Positions 28,153 through 37,917 of a stretch of DNA of 64,000 nucleotides are shown piece by piece. Both the position numbers and the translations under genes were made by a program. This DNA comes from an uncultured Clostridia bacterium (lineage in GTDB: Bacteria; Bacillota; Clostridia; Oscillospirales; Oscillospiraceae): NCBI GenBank assembly GCA_947653875.1, contig CANTIK010000010.1, positions 12,366-76,365 of the forward strand, written 5' to 3'. Positions within the stretch are counted from its first letter, which is position 1, and each line of letters opens with the position of its first letter. The notes beneath the pieces are model-generated. The model worked only from the letters and a program-made list of their open reading frames with translations, did not search any database and had not been told where the DNA came from.

Positions 28153-30855
28153 ATGAACGAGCTGGCCATTGGCAGAAGAAAGGACGCCGCCATTTTCCGG
28201 CAGCAGGGAACGGTCAAAGCGGAGAAGAAGGCCGCCGCCACCTCCGCGCAAAAAGCGGAGAAGCCTGTAAGCAGCGCCGCCTCGGACTCCGTGCGGCAGC
28301 GGATGACCGGGAGCGTCCGCGCGGAGGCCCTCTCCCGTGAGAGCCGCCGGACGCTTCAGGCGGGCGAAGCCGTGCTGTCTGAGATACAGGAGCGTCTGGG
28401 CCGTCTGGCGGAGCTGGCGGAAAAGGCCGCCGGCGGCGGCGAGGAGGATCGGGCCGCCCTCCAGAAGGAGCTGACGCGCCTGCTGGGGGAGATCGACCGG
28501 ATGGCCGGGAGCGCCGCCGGGGATAAATCCCTGTTCCTGAGCGGAGACCCGGACGCCGCCGTGGGCGCGGACGCCCTCCCCGCGTGGCTTCTCAACGGTA
28601 TTGCCCAAGGAGCGGTCTCCCCGGAGCGCCTGCTGTCCGCCCTGGGCCTGGACCAGACCGCCAGCGGAGCGGACATTCTGGCCGCCATCATGGGCAGCTC
28701 GCCCGAGGGAAACGCCGCCGTGGGCTATCTGGCCGCCCTGTACCTGGGCGCGGTGATCTCCGGCGGAGGCCAGACTGAAAATCCGGACCCCTCTTTGGCC
28801 CTGGACGGCCTCCGGCAGCTGCTGGCGGCGGTGGAGAGCGGCGTCCCCCTGGACCGGGCGGTGGAGCTGCTGACGGGCGGCGAGTTTACCAGCCTCTCCG
28901 ATTTCCAGAACCAATTCACCCAGGGCACGATCCCCGGGATGGAGGACTTCCTCACCAACCTGCTGCTGTCCGGCGGTGATTCCCCCCTGGGCGAGGGCCA
29001 GTCCCTGCTGGCCCTCCTGGCGGCCACCTTCGACGGGATGGGGCCGGATCTGCTCATGGACCTGCTGGCCGCCCTGCCGGTCCCCGGCGCCGCCGCCGCT
29101 CCTGATCCCGCCTCCTCCGGGCCGGACGCCGCCCTGGCGGAGAGCGCGCCCGGTCTTCCGGATTCTTCCGGGGCATCTCCCGTCTCTCTCCTGACCTTCG
29201 GGAACGTGCAGGTGATGGGCCGGGACCTCTCCGGCGTATCCATGGACGCCAACGGCGTACTGACCATCGGCGGCACAGCGGACGTAACCGTTCTGGGAAC
29301 CGGCCAGGGCGGGCAGGCTCTCCGCCTCACCGGCTCCGGCGCGGTGATCCTGCGCAATGCAGATGTCTCCACCCTGACTGCCGCCGCCCCCGAGACCCGC
29401 GTCGTCAGCGCGGGCGGAAACACGATAGGTACGGTGCAGCTGGGCGAAAACACAACCCTCACCCTGGACGGCGGCCTGCTGCGCCTTGGCTCCGTCCAGG
29501 GCGGAGCGCACAGCCTCCTCCGCCTCACCGGCGGCGCGGCGGTCCTGCTGGAGAAACCGGCCCAGTCCGGCGAAGCCGCCGCCCTGACGGTTCCCGTGGT
29601 CCTGGACGGCCCCGCTTCCCTGATGGCCCGGGCCTCGGTCGTCCGCGATACCGGCGGAAAAGCCCTCCAGCCCTTCGACGTGGTGTGGAAGGCGCTGCTT
29701 CCGGGCTTCCGGGCCATCACCTCTCTGGAGATCGACGGCCAGCGCTCCCGCCTGTCCCTCACCCGGGACCAGGCCATGCGCCTCTGGCTGGCGAAGGGCG
29801 ACCTCTCCAACCAGGGCTATCCCGCGCACAGCCTGGTCATCCGGGGCCGGGACCGGATGGGCCGCCTCCGGACCCGGTACGCCTATCTGCGCTGGGACCA
29901 GCGCGCCGGCGGCTTCGAGGAGACGGAGCTGTACCCCAACCCCTTCACCGTCACCGGCGGCGAGCCCGGGGAGGACTGGGTGTATGAGGAGGGCTCCCAT
30001 ACCCTGCACATCCTGTCCGCCCAGGTGTCCGCCATCTCCGGCGGCTCCGGCGTGGACGCGGACCAGTCCCCCTTCAGCGGCAGGATTGTCCTGGCGGACA
30101 GCATCGGCGCCATCGAGCTGGCCCTGCGGGGCGTAGCCTGCCGCGTGACCTCCGGCCGGGCCTTCTATCTGGGGTGCGGGAATGACGTGACCCTCCTCCC
30201 GGAGGGCGGCACCGCCAACTTCTTTGAGAGCGGCGCGGACTGCGCGGGCATTTCCGTAGGGGAGGGCACCTCCCTGCGGGTGGACTGCACCCGCACCAAC
30301 GGCCTGCCTGCCGGGACAATCACTGCCTCCGGCGGTACCAGCATCGGCGGCGACAGAGGCCGGATTCCCGCCGGACGCATTCTGATCCGGGGCGGCGCGG
30401 TCACCGGCGGCGAGCGGCGGGGCTCCACAGAGTCCGTGACCATCGTAGGCGGCATGGCCCCTGACAATAAGGGCGGGGCCAAGGTCCTGGCCCGCATGGG
30501 CGTCATTCTCCAGGCAGGGGAGGATATCCTGATTCTGCCCCGAATCCGCCTGTCCGCCAAATCCCTTCGGCTGGACGGCCTGTGCGTGTCTACCCGCGAG
30601 CAGGCCCATGCCGCCGTGGTGTCCATCGAGGTAGGCCGCCGCTGGATTGCCCGCCTGCAGGATGACTGCGGCGTTCTCTCCGGCCAGGTGAAGCAGAGCG
30701 GATTCTTTCCCGTCCGGCATCCCGCTGTCCCTGTGCGGGACGCATCGGAGGCCGGGATACTGCTGGAGAATATCGGCCCCATATCTTTTTCCCGGGCCAT
30801 GCGTCTCCGTTCCGGCCGTAAGAACGCAGAGGATGTAGAGCAGCTGCTGCGGTGA
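28153..30855 (+). CDS. Giant divergent flagellin-like protein with central beta-helix-like insert
   Basis: N-terminal segment AGEAVLSEIQERLGRLAELAEKAAGGGEEDRAALQKELTRLLGEIDRMAG aligns to the Flagellin_N consensus. The C-terminus (VRDASEAGILLENIG...VEQLLR) resembles Flagellin_C. The middle is Gly/Thr-rich and repeat-like. Confidence 0.65.
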   Translation: MNELAIGRRKDAAIFRQQGTVKAEKKAAATSAQKAEKPVSSAASDSVRQRMTGSVRAEALSRESRRTLQAGEAVLSEIQERLGRLAELAEKAAGGGEEDRAALQKELTRLLGEIDRMAGSAAGDKSLFLSGDPDAAVGADALPAWLLNGIAQGAVSPERLLSALGLDQTASGADILAAIMGSSPEGNAAVGYLAALYLGAVISGGGQTENPDPSLALDGLRQLLAAVESGVPLDRAVELLTGGEFTSLSDFQNQFTQGTIPGMEDFLTNLLLSGGDSPLGEGQSLLALLAATFDGMGPDLLMDLLAALPVPGAAAAPDPASSGPDAALAESAPGLPDSSGASPVSLLTFGNVQVMGRDLSGVSMDANGVLTIGGTADVTVLGTGQGGQALRLTGSGAVILRNADVSTLTAAAPETRVVSAGGNTIGTVQLGENTTLTLDGGLLRLGSVQGGAHSLLRLTGGAAVLLEKPAQSGEAAALTVPVVLDGPASLMARASVVRDTGGKALQPFDVVWKALLPGFRAITSLEIDGQRSRLSLTRDQAMRLWLAKGDLSNQGYPAHSLVIRGRDRMGRLRTRYAYLRWDQRAGGFEETELYPNPFTVTGGEPGEDWVYEEGSHTLHILSAQVSAISGGSGVDADQSPFSGRIVLADSIGAIELALRGVACRVTSGRAFYLGCGNDVTLLPEGGTANFFESGADCAGISVGEGTSLRVDCTRTNGLPAGTITASGGTSIGGDRGRIPAGRILIRGGAVTGGERRGSTESVTIVGGMAPDNKGGAKVLARMGVILQAGEDILILPRIRLSAKSLRLDGLCVSTREQAHAAVVSIEVGRRWIARLQDDCGVLSGQVKQSGFFPVRHPAVPVRDASEAGILLENIGPISFSRAMRLRSGRKNAEDVEQLLR

Positions 30856-30877
30856 CCCCTTCGACTATATGGCAAAA

Positions 30878-30905
30878 GGCCCTCCAGCATTGCTGGAGGG
30901 CCTCT
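30878..30905 (+). terminator. Terminator-like hairpin
   Basis: GGCCCTCCAGC/GCTGGAGGGCC stem. Weak T tract. Confidence 0.4.
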
Positions 30906-31215
30906 GTGCGTCAAAAAAGCGGCGCAGCCACTTTTTTGAGTGAAAGGCGGTCATTCGGCTGATGCCGGCGGCCCAAAGGCCGCCCCGCTTCACTCTGCGC
31001 TTCGGCTGTGCGCCTATGGCGCACAATTCGATGCTTGCTCCGCGCAAAGTGTTTTTCCCCGTGGGCCGGCCAAAGGCCGGCTTAGCACTAAAAGCGCCGC
31101 TGTGCGGCGCTTCACGACGTACACGCCGAGAGCAAAGCGATTGGATTTTTTTGCCGCCTGCGTGCGGCAAACTCTCATGGGGCCGTCAAAGGCGGCTTTA
31201 GGCCTGTCCGGCCGG

Positions 31216-31644
31216 TCACTCCCGTTTTTCCTTCCTTTTCGCCACGCTGTTGGTATCCAGAGAATCCCGGAACACCACGAACCGGTCGTAGAGGAACTCC
31301 AGTACAAAATTGGCAATCATATTGATGGCCGTCACCAGATACTCGTTCCAGCGCAGCCCCTCCGCCAGATAATTCCCCAGCAGTGTGGACAGCGGCGTGA
31401 ACACGCAGTAGAATCCGAACACCAGCGCCATGGCTTTGGGCACATTGCTGGCGGATTGGAAGGTGTACCGCCGGTTCAGCGTAAAGTTCCACAGCACCGA
31501 CAGCGCCAGCGCAATGAGATAGCAGGGCCAGTAGCTCCAAGCCGTCAGCTCATTGAGCAGGGAGAACGCCCCGATCTCAATGATCCCCGCAGAGAGCGAA
31601 AACAGGAGAAATTTCAGAGAGCGCAGAATTTCCTTGCGATCCAT
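31216..31644 (-). CDS. GtrA-family membrane protein
   Basis: 142 aa, 4 TM, WNFTLNRRYTF motif. Confidence 0.8.
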   Translation of the reverse strand: MDRKEILRSLKFLLFSLSAGIIEIGAFSLLNELTAWSYWPCYLIALALSVLWNFTLNRRYTFQSASNVPKAMALVFGFYCVFTPLSTLLGNYLAEGLRWNEYLVTAINMIANFVLEFLYDRFVVFRDSLDTNSVAKRKEKRE

Positions 31645-31659
31645 GGCCGCACATCCTTT

Positions 31660-33246
31660 CTAACCGTTCAGCGCCCGGAACTGCGCCCTGTTGGCTGCGT
31701 ACAGCTTCCGGAACACCGCGTAATTTTTATCATAAGCCGCCTTGACGGCGGGGTCCGGCACAAAGGTCCGCTCCGGCGGGATCAGCGTCCCCACCGCGTC
31801 CAGATCCGCTATCACCCCCAGACCCACCGCCATTACCGCCGCCGCGCCCACGCTGCCCGCGTTCTGAGGGCTGGCCACGGTCTGAACGGTCCTCCCGGTC
31901 ACGTCGGCCAAAATCTGAGACGTCACCGGCGACAGCGCCCCGCCGCCCACGAACCGGACGGGATCAGAGGTGGACACCTTTTTCGCCTGACACTCCAGCA
32001 TCCACCGCAGATGGAAGCACACCCCTTCCAGCACCGCCCGGATCAGCTCCGTCTTCCCGGTGTCCAGCCGGATGTTGAAGAACATCCCCGCCGCTGCCGG
32101 GTCCTCAAAGGGACACCGGTTGCCGTGGAGCCAGGGGGTAAAGATGACGCCTCCGGCCCCCGGCGGGACCCTGCCTACCGTCTCGGTGAGGTAGTCGTAG
32201 AGGCTGGCGTACACCGCCTCCTGACTGCCGGCCACATCCTTCTTTTCCAGATAAACCCCGATCTCATCCAGCGCCAGATGGTCCTTGACCCACTCCAGAC
32301 ACTTCCCGGCGGTCTCCATCTCGGCGAAGTAGTTGTACCGCCCCGCCTGAGCCCCCGCGATAGCGGCAATCATGGCATCCACATCCACCAGCTGCCGGTC
32401 CGTCACCGTAGACACCCACCCGGAGGTGCCGCAGTAGATATGCGTGCTGCCCACCGCCGCCGCTCCGGCGCCGATGCCGATAAGGGACGCGTCCCCTCCG
32501 CCGCCGAACACCGGCGTACCGGGAACCAGCCCCAGCTCCACCGCCGCCCGGTCCGTCAGGCCTCCCGCCCGGTCCACACTCTGGATGACCGGCGGCAGAT
32601 GGTCCATGTTCACGCCGAACATCCTGCATAAGCTTTCACTCCACGCCCGCTTTTTCGTGTCATAGAGCAGGGTAGCGTAGGCAGAATCCTCCGTCATCAC
32701 CGCCCGTCCGGTGCAGCGAAGCAGCAGGTATTCCTTCACGTCCAGCCACATGTCCGTCCGGGCGAAGTTGCCCGGCTCGTGACTCTGGACCCACTTGTAC
32801 TTCCACACCGGGTCCTTGACGCTGCTGGGCACCGCGCCGTTGGCCCTCAGGCATTTCAGCAGCTTTACAACGTTGGCCCCGGCAATCTGGGGGCCGTGGG
32901 CCAGTCCCTTTTTCAGCTCCCCGCCCGCCCGCTGGTCCATGTAGCTCATGGCCCGGCGTACCGGCTTCCCGGACCGGTCTACCAGCACCAGCCCCTGCAT
33001 CTGGGAGCAGAAGGACAGTCCGGCGATTTGTTCCGGCTTGATGTCCACCTTTGAAAACAGCTCTCCGGTGGTATGGCACATGGCCTGCCACCACTCCTCC
33101 GGGTCCTGTTCCGCGCCGCCGTTCTCCACCAGATATAGACCGTAGCCCTTCTGGGCGCTGGCAAGCAGGCCGATCCGCTCCTCCACAGAAAACAGACAGG
33201 TCTTCACTCCTGTGGTGCCGATGTCATAGGCCAGCACATAGGTCAT
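31660..33246 (-). CDS. FGGY-family carbohydrate kinase (xylulokinase-like)
   Basis: Start at MTYVLAYDIGTTGVK with GAGGAGGGA RBS. FGGY N- and C-terminal domains. Confidence 0.85.
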   Translation of the reverse strand: MTYVLAYDIGTTGVKTCLFSVEERIGLLASAQKGYGLYLVENGGAEQDPEEWWQAMCHTTGELFSKVDIKPEQIAGLSFCSQMQGLVLVDRSGKPVRRAMSYMDQRAGGELKKGLAHGPQIAGANVVKLLKCLRANGAVPSSVKDPVWKYKWVQSHEPGNFARTDMWLDVKEYLLLRCTGRAVMTEDSAYATLLYDTKKRAWSESLCRMFGVNMDHLPPVIQSVDRAGGLTDRAAVELGLVPGTPVFGGGGDASLIGIGAGAAAVGSTHIYCGTSGWVSTVTDRQLVDVDAMIAAIAGAQAGRYNYFAEMETAGKCLEWVKDHLALDEIGVYLEKKDVAGSQEAVYASLYDYLTETVGRVPPGAGGVIFTPWLHGNRCPFEDPAAAGMFFNIRLDTGKTELIRAVLEGVCFHLRWMLECQAKKVSTSDPVRFVGGGALSPVTSQILADVTGRTVQTVASPQNAGSVGAAAVMAVGLGVIADLDAVGTLIPPERTFVPDPAVKAAYDKNYAVFRKLYAANRAQFRALNG

Positions 33247-33305
33247 GGTATCCCTCCTCACACATGATCGTTTCCACACGCTGCCGGGGCGGACCGTATC
33301 CTCCC

Positions 33306-33956
33306 CTATGTCCTGTGGACGATCTCCGATTGTTCGAATGTAAACGCCGATTCCAGAAATTTCAGCAGCTCCCGTTCCAGCCGGTCCTCCTGCTCCTCCG
33401 GCGTACCGCCGCAGTATAGCCGGAAGCGCTCCCGGTAGTAATCACAGCATCCGGCAAACTGGACCATCATCAGCAGGTTGTCGAAAAAGAAAGCCAGCAT
33501 CGCCGGATCGATGTCCCGGCGCAGGTCTCCCGCCGCCTGTCCGGCGGCGATGGTCCCGGCATATAACCGGGAGGTGACGCCCTCGATCTCTCCCGCCAGC
33601 CGCCGGGCCTCCTCTCCGCCGGAGGCGGCAAGGACACAGTACAGCCGCACATACCCGGCATGTTCCCGGGAGAACCGGAGCAGGGCCCGGATGATCCGCC
33701 GGGCATACTCCCGGAAGCCGGCCTCCTCCGAGGTGACCTCCGCCAGCGTCCGGTCCAGCGCCTCCAGACTCCGGTCCAGGCAGGCCCGGAAGAAGCGCTC
33801 TTTATCTCCGTAATATTTATACAGGGCTCCCACGCTGATGCCCGCCCGGTCTGCGATGGTCCGCATGTTGGTCCCCGCAAGGCCCCGGAGGGCGAACTCC
33901 CCCACTCCGGCCTCCAGAAGTCTCTCCAGCTGCTCCTCTGACAGCTTTTTCAGCAT
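33306..33956 (-). CDS. TetR/AcrR-family transcriptional regulator
   Basis: Start at MLKKLSEEQ. HTH TNMRTIADRAGISVGALYKYY. Confidence 0.8.
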   Translation of the reverse strand: MLKKLSEEQLERLLEAGVGEFALRGLAGTNMRTIADRAGISVGALYKYYGDKERFFRACLDRSLEALDRTLAEVTSEEAGFREYARRIIRALLRFSREHAGYVRLYCVLAASGGEEARRLAGEIEGVTSRLYAGTIAAGQAAGDLRRDIDPAMLAFFFDNLLMMVQFAGCCDYYRERFRLYCGGTPEEQEDRLERELLKFLESAFTFEQSEIVHRT

Positions 33957-35056
33957 AAATCCTTTTTCCCCCTGTAGGACTTCTGATAGATCAGCCGCTG
34001 GAGCGCCGCGTCCGCAGGATTCAGGGGGCGGCATCCGGGGACTGCCCGGGCGTACAGCCGCGCCGCGCAGCCCTTGGCTATCAGGGCCCTGACGGCATCC
34101 ACATCGCTCTCGCAGGTCCCGGCGCACAGGGCTCCCATGCCCCGCAGCAGCACTGCGTTCCGGCCCCGGATGGCCCGCTCGATTCGTCCCGGCTCCGCCG
34201 GTATGGAGAGAATGTCCGCTCCGGCAATCTGGGCCAGGTCATCCAGATAGGGCCGCAGCCTCCGATCCGAAGCGCTGACGGCCAATGTCTCATAGGATGT
34301 ATCGTGGGCAATATATTGGAAGTTCCCCGCCCGGTAGACCGCCGCGTGAAGAGCGGCGGCCCGGGGAAGGGAAACCCCGGTCATAGGATAGAACCTGCTC
34401 CTGCCCTTCCGGGTCAGACAAAAGGCGTCCCCCCGCCGGAAGCTGGTCCCCAGATCCGGCGGGACGGGGAGGGGTTTTCCATCCTCCAGCTGGTCCCGGA
34501 CACGGGTTTCACAGATTTCTTCCAGGGCCCGGGCGGCGGCAAAGGCGTCCTCCATGTCTCGGCCCAGACACAGCGCCCCGTGACTGCGCAGAAGGAAGGC
34601 CTGGCAGTCCGGCCACGCTTCCATCTCCGCTTCCACCGCACGGCGCAGGCGGGCCGTGCCCGGCAGGCCGTAGGATGCGCAGGGAACCCGCTTCCCCAGC
34701 AGGGGATGGATAAAGCCCGTCAGGGCCCGGCCCTCGGTCCCGGCTACGGAGGCATAGTACTGGTGGGTATGGATCACGAAGTTTACTTCGGGACGCAGGC
34801 GGTAGGCGCCGGCGTGGATGCCCTTCTCGCTGGAGGGCTTGATAGTTCCCTCCCAGGAGACGTCCGCGATGTTCACCAGTACCAGCTGCTCTGGGTGCAG
34901 GGCCTCATAGGCCAGACCGCTGGGGGTGATGAGAAACTGAGTGTCCGACACCCGGGCGCTGATGTTGCCCCAAGTGCGCTCGATGAGGCCCTCTCCGGCC
35001 AATCGGGCCGCCGCGTGCAGGATCTGTTCCCGGACCCGGGTTTCCGAGGCGGTCAT
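33950..35056 (-). CDS. Class II aldolase/adducin-family protein (tandem domains)
   Basis: RTWGNISARV...ITPSG...VIHTHQ motifs. The second half is a degenerate repeat of the fold. Confidence 0.75.
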   Translation of the reverse strand: MTASETRVREQILHAAARLAGEGLIERTWGNISARVSDTQFLITPSGLAYEALHPEQLVLVNIADVSWEGTIKPSSEKGIHAGAYRLRPEVNFVIHTHQYYASVAGTEGRALTGFIHPLLGKRVPCASYGLPGTARLRRAVEAEMEAWPDCQAFLLRSHGALCLGRDMEDAFAAARALEEICETRVRDQLEDGKPLPVPPDLGTSFRRGDAFCLTRKGRSRFYPMTGVSLPRAAALHAAVYRAGNFQYIAHDTSYETLAVSASDRRLRPYLDDLAQIAGADILSIPAEPGRIERAIRGRNAVLLRGMGALCAGTCESDVDAVRALIAKGCAARLYARAVPGCRPLNPADAALQRLIYQKSYRGKKDLC

Positions 35057-36543
35057 GGCTGGACCTCCAGAGGGCCGCAGCCCGCGAACACACGGTCGAA
35101 GCGGGAGAGGACGTCGTCGATCATCTCCTCGGTATAGGCCGCGCTGGTATACAGGCGGGAACCGGCCAGGGTGACGATGCCCTCCGCCATGTAGGCCGCG
35201 CCCATATGCTCCATCTCCTTCTGCCGGATGCCGGTCTGCTTGAGAATGTCCGGGATGGTCCAGGGCTTTTTCCAGTCGATGCAGAAGTGCATAGTTCCCG
35301 CATTGTCCAAGTGGCAGATGGAGCCCTGGTTGAAGGCCACGAAGGGAAGGTTATATTTCTTGATGAGCAGCTGCAGACCCCGGGTCAGGCGGTCGCCCAT
35401 GCGGCCCGCCGTTTCGCAGGCGTTGGTGCGCTCGATCTCACACAGGGTATAGTAGCCCGCCGCGCAGGAGATGGGGGTCGCCGCCATGGTGCCGCCGCAC
35501 ATAGCCTTGGGGACCTTCTTTCCGGAGGAGTCCAGACCCGCCCCAAGGTGGGCCATGCAGTCCGCGTGGCCGCCTACACCGCCGGCGCCGGGGTAGCCTC
35601 CGGCGATGATCTTGCCGAAGACCGTCAGGTCCGGGTCTACGCCGAAGTAGCCCTGTGCGCCGCTGAGTCCGATGCGGAAGCCGGTGACCACCTCGTCGAA
35701 AATCAGAAGGGAACCGTACTGCCGGGCCAGCCGGGCCGCGCCACGGACGAACTCCCGGCTGACGGGCCGGGTGCCGCTCTCGGGACCCATGGGCTCCAGA
35801 TACACCGCCGCCGTGCCGCCGGTGAGGCGGTTGGCCTTCAGCTTCCGCTCCAGGTCCTCCAGATCGTTGGGGAAAAATTCGTCGGTATGCTTGAAGACGA
35901 AGTTGGGCACGCCCTTGGACATGATGCCCTTGGTGCCCGGGACACGCATTCCGTAGGCAAGCTGGTCGGACCAGCCGTGGTAGGCACCGCCCATTTTCAG
36001 GATGTTCTTTTTGCCGGTCTTCAGGCGGGCGATCCGGGCGGCGCACATGGCCGCCTCCGTGCCGGACCCCAGCATCCGGAACATCTCCACCGAGGGGACC
36101 ATGTCGGAGATCTTTTTTGCCAGCTTGTACTCAAACTCATGGAACAGGCCAGTGGAGGGGCCGCAGGTGTTCAGAAGCTCGATGACCTGATCCCGGACCG
36201 CCGGAACGTTGCTGCCCAGAATGGTGGGGCCTCCGGCCTGGAGCAGGTCGTAGTACCAGTTGCCGTCGATGTCCCACAGCTTTGCACCCTCCGCCCTGGT
36301 AATCACAATGGGGAAGGGGTAGTTGAAGGCCAGGTTGTGCTGGACCCCGCCGGGGATGACCTTTTTCGCCTGGGAGATCATCGCTTTGGACTGGGGACAC
36401 TTGGCGTCAAAGTAGTTTTCCACGTAGTCCGCCAGCTTATCACGGCGGATGGACCAGACGGGCTTTTTAATCAGCTCGTCCAGCTGGCGGGTCACCTCCG
36501 CCGCGTCCAGGTACTGATCGATGGCAAAACCGTTATAGGACAT
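35053..36543 (-). CDS. Class III (GSA-aminomutase-like) PLP aminotransferase
   Basis: Start at MSYNGF with GGAGGAAG RBS. LIFDEVVTGFR and FGKIIAGG (PLP lysine). Confidence 0.85.
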   Translation of the reverse strand: MSYNGFAIDQYLDAAEVTRQLDELIKKPVWSIRRDKLADYVENYFDAKCPQSKAMISQAKKVIPGGVQHNLAFNYPFPIVITRAEGAKLWDIDGNWYYDLLQAGGPTILGSNVPAVRDQVIELLNTCGPSTGLFHEFEYKLAKKISDMVPSVEMFRMLGSGTEAAMCAARIARLKTGKKNILKMGGAYHGWSDQLAYGMRVPGTKGIMSKGVPNFVFKHTDEFFPNDLEDLERKLKANRLTGGTAAVYLEPMGPESGTRPVSREFVRGAARLARQYGSLLIFDEVVTGFRIGLSGAQGYFGVDPDLTVFGKIIAGGYPGAGGVGGHADCMAHLGAGLDSSGKKVPKAMCGGTMAATPISCAAGYYTLCEIERTNACETAGRMGDRLTRGLQLLIKKYNLPFVAFNQGSICHLDNAGTMHFCIDWKKPWTIPDILKQTGIRQKEMEHMGAAYMAEGIVTLAGSRLYTSAAYTEEMIDDVLSRFDRVFAGCGPLEVQP

Positions 36544-36876
36544 AGTCGCTTCCTCCATTCCTTCTTGTGAACAATGATTCACGTCATGGGACCAGCGTAC
36601 CACAACGGGGAAGGATTGTCAACGGATGGGAGGAATTTGTTCCTCGTTTTGTTGATTTTGTCAAGGTGCGCTGCGACAGCCCTTTGGACAGCCCGGCTGC
36701 GCTGGCCTGATATCCGGCCCGGGCATCGACTTGCTTCCGTACATGTGAACGCGGAGGTTTGTCTTCCCTCAAACTGGGGACAGAAACGGGGAAAAGTTGC
36801 CGGGGAGAGGGCAACGGGTGGGGAAAATTTTTCTGCGGCGGGTGCGGGGCATTGGTTATTCACGCCCTCACATGGG

Positions 36877-37130
36877 TCATCGGCGCAAAATCGTAGACAA
36901 ACGGTTTTTTATCGCTATAATGGGGCGTGCATTGCTCGTGAAGGTGTGACGGAGCATATGGAGATGGGAGTCCTCCAAGCCTTTCACCTTTTTCTTTGCC
37001 TGACGGCACATGATGCTTACTGTCCCCGGCCCCGTCAGGCCGGAGGCAGACAAAGGATATTGCTCTATATTCCTCCGCACCGGACCGGGTGCAGACCTCA
37101 TATTTATGGCGAGACAGGGAAAGTAAAAGT
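36877..37130 (-). pseudogene. Tyrosine recombinase (phage integrase) remnant
   Basis: Translation contains KGLEDSHLHMLRHTFTS (box II HxLRHTF), but there is no catalytic Tyr region and no proper N-terminus. Confidence 0.5.
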
Positions 37131-37917
37131 CCACAAAAGGTAACAGTAGCAATACTTAGGGAGAATTAGGGAGAGATAGGGAAAGTGTTAGATAATCCTA
37201 TCTGAAATATAAATGCGATGATGGAATCTTGAAAGGGATAGAGCAGGCGGCTTTTCATCTTCACTGCAGCACAAGACAACTCCAGAGGGTTTTGAACCAA
37301 TGTGAAGCTGATGGATTTGTCAAAAAAGTAGGGAAGGGAACGTATAAACTGTTTGGAGCGGAATGATTCAGACAGTCAACTGTCTATTAAAAGCGGGAAA
37401 TATGGGTAGAAAGATAATTGAAATAGAATTGCATTTTTCTGCTTTATATGCCACCATTAGAATTGTGAACCGGCAGGGAAAAGCAAGATAGTTTGTCTGC
37501 CGTTATCACCGCTGATAAATCCAAATTGTTTCGCAGTATATCACTGGCAGATGGATTGCTAAGCTTTTATAGCTTACTGAATCATGGGATGAATGCTTGG
37601 GAAACGGTGCTGAATGTAGTTGCATTTCCCCGCCTTTTGTGCTACTATTTTGAGAGAAAAATCAAGCTGTCAAAGCGGATTTTGTATAACAGACCGTATG
37701 AACGCCTTTAGCTGCGGATGACACGGCTAAAGACGTTTTTATCATTTTCGTTCTCCTCTTTTAACCATTTATTTTGAATATAATCTTGTCTAAATCGCCA
37801 ATATTTTCTCTATGGCAAAAGCAATTTTTGAAGCAATAGTCCTGCAAATATTATTTACAAAACCGCGAATGTGCGGCATAGAAACGGCATCGCTGAATTT
37901 TTACCGGAGGACAAATC

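Noticed and set aside
28066-30720. 884 aa minus-strand ORF
   Set aside because: It is antisense to the flagellin-like gene. It is Gly/Ala/Arg-rich and low-complexity, with no start context.
37493-37711. 72 aa ORF in the AT-rich spacer before the methyltransferase
   Set aside because: It has a TTG start without an RBS and no motif. It could be a gene fragment. It is mentioned in the R-M finding but not called.
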